Shown in pieces: positions 1 through 9,949 of a stretch of 64,000 nucleotides of DNA. Both the position numbers and the translations under genes were made by a program. Under the pieces are notes generated by a model that saw only the letters and a program-made list of their open reading frames with translations, ran no database searches and was not told where the DNA came from. The number at the start of each line of letters is the position of its first letter. The first letter of the stretch is position 1. The DNA comes from Octopus vulgaris (lineage: Eukaryota): the NCBI GenBank assembly GCA_951406725.2, contig OX597825.1:26908001-26972000 (forward strand), given 5' to 3'.

Positions 1-1720
1 ATTTAACAGACTTGAATATTCTCTAACATCATTGAGAGATTAAGGGTTAAAAATACACAGGCCTTTCCACTGTTCGTAGATGATTCAAAGTAAATTGCAA
101 TATATGACTGTTACACATGACACAATTTCAGTCTATGACTAATGCAAGATTTTCATTGAAAACTTGGAAATTATACGCAGTCATGTGGCTACTAAATCTA
201 GAACATCACAATGACTGATACAGTGGCGTGTTTGTTTTTATCAATATTAGTGAGTTTCTAGATTCCAAACACGGCCAAACTGAAGTGTATCAAATATAAG
301 ATTTCTTTGACAATCCTGTCTCTTAATTACCATAATGGATTGCATAAACTAATATAACCTGTTCCGGTATTAAACGGGAGTGTTGCTTGTTCTTTCCTAC
401 AAGATACGTGACCGCAAAATATGTTTCACCATTGGCTATCTGATTTGATTTATTGAGATGCTAAATAAATAATTAGAAACGTGAAGTTCTTCTTCCTCCC
501 AATTAAAGAAATTCTTTAGAGATTGATACAAAAATACATTAAGCTAGAGGAAAAGATTTGATAGAAATCTGTCAGGGTATGTTCAAGGATTTTGTACGTT
601 GCTCATAGAGTTTGTGATTGAAGTATATTTTCAGCGTTTTTGATTTAAATTGTAAAAGAGAAATTTGAAAATTACATGTCATTACTGACATGCAAATCAA
701 ACATTTCTGCTAGATATATTTGCTACATCTGCTCCGTCATGACTTATGAGTTTTACGTATAACTAATTTGTAAATAATGCTGAATCATTCCTTGTTCCTC
801 TATCACTAATGATTTTACTGATACATTGAAGGTACATTGTAACTTATAAGAACTCAGCCCCTCCTTTTTGATACTAACACATGAAATCAGAATTAAGAAA
901 ATCGATAGAGGTCAACTGGGAATTGAAACTACATCTCGGAGACGAATTACAGTGAGTGGTAACCATCACTCTAAATAAAGAAAAATGATTTTTGTTATAA
1001 TTTGTTTTGCTTGTTTATCTCCTTATATATTCGGTTTAGAGTGGGTAGAAAGGCCAGAAAAGAAGTAAGAAAAATAATGTTTGGAATTAGAATGAATTGA
1101 TTTCAACACATTCAATTTATCACTAAAAGAATATCTTTTTAAAACTAACTGTAGATGTGCTAAAATAATTTAAGATAAAGGAGCATAGTAATTTCCATAA
1201 CTCTTTTGTTGAGAAAATTGGAAAATAATTTGCCATCGACCAGTTTTATGTTTTTCGTATACTTATTGTGATTCATATTCTTATTTGCTTTCTTTTACTT
1301 ATTGTCTTTTATTTTCTATTCGTATTCTTATTTTTATTCCTATTTTCAAGCCAGTTTTTCTTTCCTTCCATCACATTCTTGTCCGTATTATTCTTAGATT
1401 ACTACATTATTATGTTGAGAGCTTCCAAGTTCTCTTGAATTCATCGAACGCAATATACACAATATAATTTCTTATAGATTATGTTATTGTACAAAATAAC
1501 TGAAAATATTTTATATCGCCATTTTGTTTGTACGTTTTCGTTGTCTTCTTGCTACGCTTTCAATCTTATTTTCCTTTTATTTTGCTATTTATTTATATAA
1601 TAATTCTGCTTTATTTTGCATCATCATTTCTTTCCTTTCTTTCTATTTGCCATTGTTTTCTCCATTAATTTTATATCTTTGCACACTCACGCGTGTATAT
1701 CAATATATATTTATATATAC

Positions 1721-1763
<43 letters not shown>

Positions 1764-2468
1764 TGTGTGTGTGTGCCATATGCATGCATATTTATGAATT
1801 TATATATGCACGTATGTGGACATAAATGTAGAATATCTTTATGCACATATGCTAGGTATATACATGCACATACACACGCAAAATCATATATGTATGTATA
1901 TTATAACTATCCGATCTAAGAGTAAATAATACAGTAAATTACTTTTTTTTAAATCACTTCAGAAGACAATACATGATAAATAAATTATCTGTTTTCTCTA
2001 AAATAAACACAACGCTACGAAAGAAATGTATGTATAAATTTTCAATATCGTTCCCTTCGAAAACAAATCCACATCCAACTTTTATATTTTTTTCTGAATC
2101 TCCACTATGTATTTCTATCTTTCCGTTTTACTAAGATTGTCATCTTCCTAGATCTCTTTACAATTTTTACGGGGATCCATCTTATGCTATTTAGTTTCCA
2201 CAAAAACAAGAATGCAAAAGGCATCGTATATGATGAGCTTCTTTGCCTTGCAACACCTACCGTCCTTGACAGACTTATCTCAATCGTAAATGATCGGCAT
2301 CAGGTTTCGTGTGGTCTTTTTTACATTGCAACAGTTTTATCGTAAATATGTACATCGTGACTATAACTGCATTTTTCTTTATTTCTGTGCAATTATAACA
2401 TTTGTGTTTAATAGGGAACTGTGATTTTTATGGAAATTTCGCTCTTATATCAAGTAGATGGTATAAGA

Positions 2469-2517
<49 letters not shown>

Positions 2518-2990
2518 TTGCTTGAACGAGTAATAGAACCTCCAGTTGACTGTTCGTAACTTGAGCGAATAGGAGAAAAATATATTCCTTAGTTGCAACT
2601 ATATTCTTGGATCCTATCATACAGAACTTTAATTTATATTGTAAAGCATCAAGAGTGCTAAATCTCTGGTCGCATTATGAACTAACGTTTCAGAACTTTC
2701 CCTTTCAATCATGAGAGAAGACGAAACGAAAAACAAAATGTAAATAAAAATAAATGGATACTTTAAAACATTGAAATACTCATTCACACGTATCCATAGC
2801 GTTGTTTATTTCAAGTTCGAGTGGATATAAATTATCAGTTAACATCACGTACATGTGCGTTATTATATAACTGTGACATTCTTCTGAGTAACGGGAACAA
2901 AAATAGGATAAATTCGCCGGTGAATAAATAAGCATCTCTTACAGCATGCAACAAAATGATTAAATTCCTTTGTGTATATATATATATATA

Positions 2991-3515
2991 TATAAAAATA
3001 GTAAAGAGTGAAAAAACGACAGAAGGCTTAAATGTTAAAAAATATATATATTTGCGTCAATATGTCTGAAGAATATTAGAAAATATTTTAAACAAATTTT
3101 TTTTTTTTTCCTTTATAATGACATAATTTTTAAAGAAAGACCGGTTTCGCATTTAGCTTTTCAAATTTCTTGTGACGTTATGTTTATGTTTAATAGAGTT
3201 ATCCTTGTGTTTAAGCTCCGGAGAGTTCTAAATAAGGGAAGGTAGTGGGTGATTTCTTCCGGTGTAAGGGAGATAATCGCTTAAAAATTTTTTTCTTTCC
3301 CTTAATGTGAATTTCTCTGTATCAGTATGTTCGGATGGTTGAGTCTGGGCTTGTACTTTTCAATGAAGAATGTTTCCTTAAAAAATGTTCTAATATTCTT
3401 CAGACATATTGACGCAAATATATATATTTTTTAACATTTAAGCCTTCTGTCGTTTTTTCACTCTTTACTATTTTTTATATATTCACCCACGTGCTTTCAC
3501 AAACCAACTTTCTTA

Positions 3516-3518
<3 letters not shown>
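2991..3518 (-). mobile_element. Penelope-like pseudo-LTR-derived element with a near-perfect ~90-100 bp inverted repeat (2991-3091 / 3378-3480), inserted in (TA)n
   Basis: AAAAATAGTAAAGAGTGAAAAAACGACAGAAGGCTTAAATG...GAATATTAGA is the reverse complement of 3389-3476. (TA)n tracts lie on both sides, and there is an internal hammerhead-like motif on the minus strand. The PLE assignment is inferred. Confidence 0.65.
3133..3171 (-). ncRNA. Minimal type-I hammerhead-ribozyme-like motif (U3-A8 variant)
   Basis: Minus strand reads AAGAAA-U-UUGAAAA-GC-UAAAU-GC-GAAA-CCGG-UC-UUUCUU: 6-bp stem I, 2-bp stem II, palindromic CCGG stem III and a GUC triplet. Confidence 0.5.
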
Positions 3519-3585
<67 letters not shown>

Positions 3586-4015
3586 GTGACCAATGATTTT
3601 GAAAGCAATTATAGTAAAATGTTTGTGAGGTGTCGTCAAATATTAATCTACAATGTAAATATAGAAGTTTGCAATTATAGGATATAAATAATTAGCAAAC
3701 AATGAAGATTTTTTCATGTTTGATCATTGTTTTACCTTCTAGATGTTGGCAAATAAATAAGCAGGAATTGAGACATGAGCGGAATAAACCGTTGACCAAG
3801 CATCTGGTCATGTTTGCACTACTATAGCCTCTGGCTGAAAAGATATTCCTACTGGATTTCTTAGACACAAATGAAAAGAAGCTTGTCCTATATGTATATA
3901 CCTACGTACTTATCTACCTACCTACATACCTACCTACATACATGCACACATACTTATATACATAACACATATAAACATATGTGTGTGTATGTATATATAT
4001 GTGTGACCGCGTGTG

Positions 4016-4192
4016 TACCGTTGGCGATTTTTTCCTCCGTCTTCCCTTCCTTGGATCTTTCCTTTTCTTATGTTTCTGACGAAGAGCTCCGCTAGAAACG
4101 TTAAATCCTCCTTTTTTCTTTCCTTTCCTAAGCGCCCAATAACACTATACTTCCTCCACGTCCTCGCGTTGTTGTGTTTTCATGTTTGGATT

Positions 4193-4195
<3 letters not shown>
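4016..4195 (+). mobile_element. ~180-190 bp microsatellite-embedded repeat, family H, copy 1 (hammerhead-like core at 4072-4106)
   Basis: GTTGGCGATTTTTTCCTCCGTCTTCCCTT...CTGACGAAGAGCTCCGCTAGAAACGTTAAA...CACGTCCTCGCGTTGTTGTG recurs at 5606, 16426 and 45483; followed by (TA)n. Confidence 0.85.
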
Positions 4196-4267
<72 letters not shown>

Positions 4268-4282
4268 TATTGTACCTTGTAT

Positions 4283-4675
4283 GTTTTATTTGTTTCATTC
4301 ATTAGACTGCATTCGTGCTACACCAGCGTCTTGAAGAAATGAATTGATCGCAGTAACCTTATGGCTGGTACTTATATCGATTTTTTTGCCGAGCGGCTAA
4401 TTTACGGCGACGTAAACACGCCAGTACCCTTTGTCTAGTTGCGGGGATGACAAACACAGACACAAAGACGCACACATTCAAATACATACACAATAACTCA
4501 CACACAGACAGGCACACACACAAACATATATACGATTTTTTTATTCCTTTTACGAAATCCACTCACAAGACTTTGGTCTGCATTAGTCTATACTAGAAGA
4601 CAATTGAGCAGGGTGTCACCCAGTGAAATTGAACCCAAAACTATGTGCTTGGGGACCAAATTACCACATAATCAT
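4283..4675 (-). mobile_element. tRNA-derived SINE family A, diverged copy
   Basis: Aligns by eye to the better copies at 36440-36836 and 41655-42050 (shared GACAAACACAGACAC and AAATCCACTCACAAG, similar TGAACCC B-box region). Confidence 0.8.
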
Positions 4676-4779
4676 ACATATATGTGTCTGTATGCGTGTC
4701 TGTGTGTGTGCGTGCGTGTGTGTGTGTGTGTCAGTAAATCGGTTTTCTCTTTATATAAGTCGAGCACCACTGCATGGTA

Positions 4780-4965
4780 ACCGCTGATGATAAGTTTACC
4801 TCCCGTAAGCTCGCTTTCGGTGAAATTTATCGTTAGTATATCTACGATGTTTTAAAAAATACATAGCCCGCTTGATTCATTCCAATAACAAAAAATGTTC
4901 AAGGCGACGCTCTAGGATGGTCGCAGTCAAATAACTAAAATATGAGAAAAATAGAAGTTAAAAGA
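4780..4965 (+). mobile_element. SINE family A, diverged 3' half in opposite orientation
   Basis: TCAAGGCGACGCTCTAGGATGGTCGCAGTCAAATAACTAAAATATGAGAAAAATAGAAG resembles the reverse complement of the family A tail. Confidence 0.6.
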
Positions 4966-5473
4966 TATATATATATATATATATCCGTAACCATGTAAGT
5001 ATATATTTATATGTGTGTGTGTGTATGGAAGGAGAGAGAAAGCAAGAGAATGACGTAGATAGATATATTGATATGAAAATTTCTTGAGATAACTTTTTTA
5101 TTTTTTTATTCATAAAATATACAGTCAATCAGGTGGGGTGTCATCTTTACACTTGTCTCCGATCGGCAATTTTTAATTAGAATTTTACATCTAATATTAA
5201 TGATCATCACAGAGAAATTAATATTTTAATATGATATATATTTATCAACAGTAGTTGGATTCGCTTTAAAAGCAGTTTATAATTAAATATGATCAATACG
5301 TTAATGATTTTCCTCAAAGGTTTAAAATATAAAATATATATTAAAGGTTATCTAAGTTCACTGAGCTGCTAAAATCTCTGTGCTAAGATTTAATAGAACA
5401 CTTTGATTTCACTTGTATTGGAATTTGTTTATTGAAATCTCCATAGAAACCATATATAACCACGCTTACATAG

Positions 5474-5509
<36 letters not shown>

Positions 5510-5529
5510 GTATGCATACACATATATAC

Positions 5530-5596
<67 letters not shown>

Positions 5597-5605
5597 CATA
5601 TATAT

Positions 5606-5795
5606 GTTGGCGATTTTTTCCTCTGTCTTCCCTTCTCTGGATCTTTCCTTCTCCTATGTTTCCGACGAAGAGCTCCGCTCGAAACGTTAAACCCTCCTTC
5701 TTTCCTTCTTTCCTGAGCGTCCAATAATACTATATTTGTTACATGTCCTCGCGTTGTTGTGTTTTTTTGTGGTTTCTTGTTTGGTTTTTTTGTGG

Positions 5796-5797
<2 letters not shown>
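5606..5797 (+). mobile_element. Family H repeat, copy 2
   Basis: GTTT-CCGACGA-A-GAGC-TCC-GCTC-GAAA-CG-TT-AAAC at 5658-5692; (TA)n on both sides. Confidence 0.85.
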
Positions 5798-5873
<76 letters not shown>

Positions 5874-5902
5874 ACTTACATATATTTATATAAAAGAGGC
5901 AA

Positions 5903-6330
5903 AGAAATATCTAAGTGAATTCCAAATACGTCAAATCTCAGAATTGGGCGTACTGGGAACAAGCACAGAAAAACCCATGCGTATGAAAACCCGTGTGAAA
6001 ACTGTTGCCTTAGATATTCTTTCTGATAAATGGCAAATAGCCAAAGCTAGTTAATAGGGCCGATTTTGACAAACCCATTACACATCAATGTTTAGTGTCT
6101 CCTGGCTTAAAATTAAAGGCAGAAGCATTTATAATAGCAGCCCAAGATCAATGCCTACCTAGAAGAATCTACTTTAAACAAACGCTGTAGCCCAACATGT
6201 GTGTGTAAACAACAAAACGAAACCATTGATCATGTTTTTTTCTCATGTGAAGTTATCTTAGACCGACAGAGTATCTCAACAAGCATGATAGAGTGACACA
6301 GTATATTCACTGGGTAATTAGCAAAGACTT
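5903..6330 (+). mobile_element. R4/Dong-like non-LTR retrotransposon fragment (post-RT and zinc-knuckle region), frameshifted
   Basis: Conceptual translation across frames gives DKPITHQ..., EAFIIAAQDQCLP, PTCV...NETIDHV and EYLNKHDRV.QYIHWVI, typical of the CCHC region of RLE-clade LINEs. Confidence 0.8.
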
Positions 6331-6752
6331 GTATGTGTGTATATCATTTATAGTGATGCATGTGTACATGTATATTTAAATAAATGTATGTCGATGTATA
6401 TGTATGCATCTATATGTATTACTCTGTATATATATATATACTCATATACAAATATATACAAATATTTTTGTTGTTTTTGTAAAATCTCAGAAAATAATTA
6501 AAAATTCACATTTTTTATCAAATTATCAAGTATATATATATATACTCATATGGGTATATATATATGTGCAAATGTATATATATCTATCTATATATATATG
6601 TGTGTGTGTCTGTGTGTATGTGTGTGTGTGTGTGTGTGTATCTTTGTATATTGGTTTATATATCTATGTGTATATGTATATAGATGTAGAAATTTCTGTA
6701 TAAATATATCTGAGTGTGAGTATATATTTGTCTATTTGTATATATCTGTGTA

Positions 6753-6794
<42 letters not shown>

Positions 6795-6980
6795 GATACT
6801 TTGATACTTTGATAGGTTTCGGCCATTATTGGCCCAGGCCATGTCTAACTTAATAGCACCACCTGGTGAAGTCTTTCAAATCAGAATTTGGGCACTATGG
6901 CCCACTCAAGTAGAGAGTTATTGTTTACAGAGACATATCCGGGTGTAGGGGGTTTATCCGGGATTTCTTGAAGGAATCTG

Positions 6981-7031
<51 letters not shown>

Positions 7032-7234
7032 AAAGTTTTGTCATTTTAATCTATATAATGATGTTGAATTTGGAGCATTAAGTTTTTAGTGGATTTATTA
7101 AGTATTTTAAATCCTCTTAGTGCAAATTCTTGTAGTAATTGCAAAATATATAATTATATTAGTAGTTTCATATTAATTACATATTACAAATAAGATGTCT
7201 TAATTGTACTAAATAATTATAATTAATTAGTTAA

Positions 7235-7251
7235 TTGATGATGATAATAAA

Positions 7252-7295
<44 letters not shown>

Positions 7296-7414
7296 TAGTG
7301 ATAATAATGATAATTACGAAAATAATAATAATAATGATGATGATGATGGTGGTGGTGCCGGTGATGATGATGATGGTGATGATGATGATGATAATAATAA
7401 TAATAATAATAATA

Positions 7415-7477
<63 letters not shown>
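7235..7477. repeat. Compound (AAT)n/(GAT)n microsatellite
   Basis: Directly visible. Confidence 0.95.
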
Positions 7478-7479
<2 letters not shown>

Positions 7480-8030
7480 TACCCTGATGCAGTACCAGGC
7501 AGTGGCTCTCATGTTTTCTGATATTTAATCGTAAGTGCTATCATGTACATCATTTTGTCTTGGTATAAAAGACGGGCTACAGAAAATATCCCGCTCAATA
7601 CCACAGATTTGCTTGTCAGTTTGTTGACTATAACCAGTTCAGCATGTCGCTTAGTGGCTGACGATATGTGCATATGTGATCATGAGCAGGAGTAGTGGGG
7701 GAGCATCATATGCGTGTGTTGAAAGTAATTCTTAGAGGTTTGGATAATTCGCTTTTGGAAACATGGGTTCTTCGTTCAACATCCTTAAACAATTCTTATT
7801 CAGGGATCTCTTGAGCAGAATGGGCTACTCGACCAGAAGAAAATTCTAACTGGGCCCCACCTACAAGATCATGTGCTGCTTATCATGATATGAGATCACC
7901 ATGCGCGCACATATGATTGCGATGCATGTACCTTGTGTACCATTATCAGACGGGTAGTCATGATGGGTATACTGGGCTTCGTATATTTTACCCCAGTGTC
8001 ACTTTGATGGCATGCCCTGGTCTCTCACTC
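7478..8030 (-). mobile_element. ~550-bp non-coding interspersed element inside (AAT)n, copy 1
   Basis: Aligns end to end with 13359-13912; both copies are bounded by (AAT)n. The minus-strand head is GAGTGAGA(G/T)A. Orientation is inferred from 12830-13216. Confidence 0.85.
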
Positions 8031-8107
<77 letters not shown>

Positions 8108-8207
8108 TAATAGGATAATACTTAATTAATTGATTATAATATTTAGCTTATTAATTAATTGTCGAGGATGATAATATCAATACGATAATACTTACCTTTA
8201 TCATTAT

Positions 8208-8319
8208 TTGGCACAGCGCATATCTTAAGGAAATCATTTTCTGTCTGAGGTCCTGGTTGTGACTTGACAGACGACTAAAGACTCCGGTGCATTTTTATCA
8301 GCACTGTGTTACGACGGAA

Positions 8320-8320
<1 letters not shown>
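8208..8320 (+). mobile_element. 3' terminal fragment of an R4/Dong-like LINE
   Basis: GGCACAGCGCATATCTTAAGGAAATCATTTTCTGTCTGA = GTAHILRKSFSV*, matching the RLE C-terminus; short 3' UTR followed by (TAT)n. Confidence 0.7.
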
Positions 8321-8385
<65 letters not shown>

Positions 8386-8389
<4 letters not shown>

Positions 8390-8893
8390 TAGTTTTATTT
8401 TTATTTTTATAGCGTGCTTTCACTTCACTACCGAGCGCAGCTCTGTGTGCCTTGGGTATGTGCTGTGATTTGTTGTGATGCTCTGATGGTTATTGTATGG
8501 AAAGTGTTCTGCGTAGGATGTGGGCAGTGCCTAGTAGTGCAATTTTCTGTATGTTATATGTGTTTGTAAGTCCTGGTGTTTTTGTTATGTATTTGTCTGA
8601 ATATTTTTTTATCATGCCTAATGCACCTACTATGATAGGAATTGTTTCTGTTTTCAGATTCCACATTCTAGTTACCTCTATTTCCAGGTCTTTGTATTTT
8701 GAGAGTTTCTCCATTTCTTTTAGAGACACGTTGTCATCTGCCGGTATTGATACATCAATTAAAAAGCATTTTTTTCTTCATGATCTCTGACAACTATATC
8801 TGGTCTGTTGGCCTTAATTTCTCTATCTGTGTGTATCGGCATATCCCAGAGTATGGTTGCTTTCTCGTTTTCTGTGACCTTTTCTGGTGTGTG
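8386..8893 (-). mobile_element. 5'-truncated R4/Dong-like non-LTR retrotransposon: restriction-like endonuclease domain plus 3' UTR
   Basis: Open frame ILWDMPIHTDREIKANRPDIVVRDHEEKKCFLIDVSIP...EKLSKYKDLEIEVTRMW...IIVGALG...LLGTAHILRRTLSIQ* (ORF 8490-8729 and upstream). The RPD...D motif marks an RLE; the element ends in an (AAT)n tail. Confidence 0.92.
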
Positions 8894-8920
8894 CCAGAAT
8901 TATGAGTGAGTGTTCGTATG

Positions 8921-9044
8921 TGTGCATGAGTGAGTGTTCGTATGTGTTTGCATGTATCTGCGTATAACATAAGAGACATCATCGCAAACCTGTTCAAACT
9001 GAGAGCGTTCACTAGTTTTATTATTATTATTATTATTATTATTA

Positions 9045-9091
<47 letters not shown>

Positions 9092-9866
9092 TTTATTATT
9101 TTTATTATTATTAATAATAATAATAATAATAATAATAACAATAATAACGATAATAATAATTACTATTAGAATAAATAAATAGTTTTACTTGACTTACCAG
9201 CGAATTTTAATAACTACATGAATAATTATTATAGTATTGTATAGTTTATAACTTGTATTCTTATTAAAGGTACACCACGTATAACATTATCGATGGCCTC
9301 TTTATGCATAAGATGTAGCCCTTTCTCTTAACAATGCAATTCTTCATTGTGTCATGACTCCTATGTTTGCTGCCAATCAATTGTAGATACAGCTACTTTA
9401 ATATAACGAACTACATAACTTTTAACAAACGGTACATTATACAATTAACCAGGCATCTGTTTGAATATGAGTAAAATTTAACCGAATTTAATTTAGTAAT
9501 TAAATCTCCCGAAATTCTCAACTGATTCTATAAAAGAATAGAAAATCGGTATATTTGATAATGCTGATATCAATTCTCCTCATTATATATGTTATATTAT
9601 ATGATAGGTATTCATATGCCGTTTATTCCATTGTAAATCTACCAGTATAATACCTATGCCTAAGTGTTCTTCCTGGGCTTAACATATCCACATGTTTACT
9701 TCGTTTTCAATTTATAAATATTTATGCATGTGTGTACATATATATGTGTATGTGTGAGTGTTTGCCTGTGCATGAGTGAGTGTTCGTATGTGTTTGCATG
9801 TATCTGCGTATAACATAAGAGACATCATCGCAAACCTGTTCAAACTGAGAGCGTTCACTAGTTTTA
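8921..9866 (+). repeat. 100-bp exact direct repeat (8921-9020 = 9767-9866)
   Basis: TGTGCATGAGTGAGTGTTCGTATGTGTTTGCATG...CAAACTGAGAGCGTTCACTAGTTTTA occurs twice. Confidence 0.95.
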
Positions 9867-9949
9867 CTGAAATGCTTTTTAACAGAAGGTATTCATGAAC
9901 ATGTGCTCCGTACACTCAGGCTTTATCTAGAAAACCATAGAGAACGTGA

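Noticed and set aside
2640-2715. Minus-strand AUGAUUGA...GAAACGUUA hammerhead-like trace
   Set aside because: The core and stems are too degenerate to support a call.
6805-6985. (TA)n-flanked GC-richer unit with GGCC-AAUAAU-GGCC-GAAA-CCUA-UC on the minus strand
   Set aside because: The CUGANGA core is missing; possibly a PLE terminus remnant, but single-copy here and unsupported.
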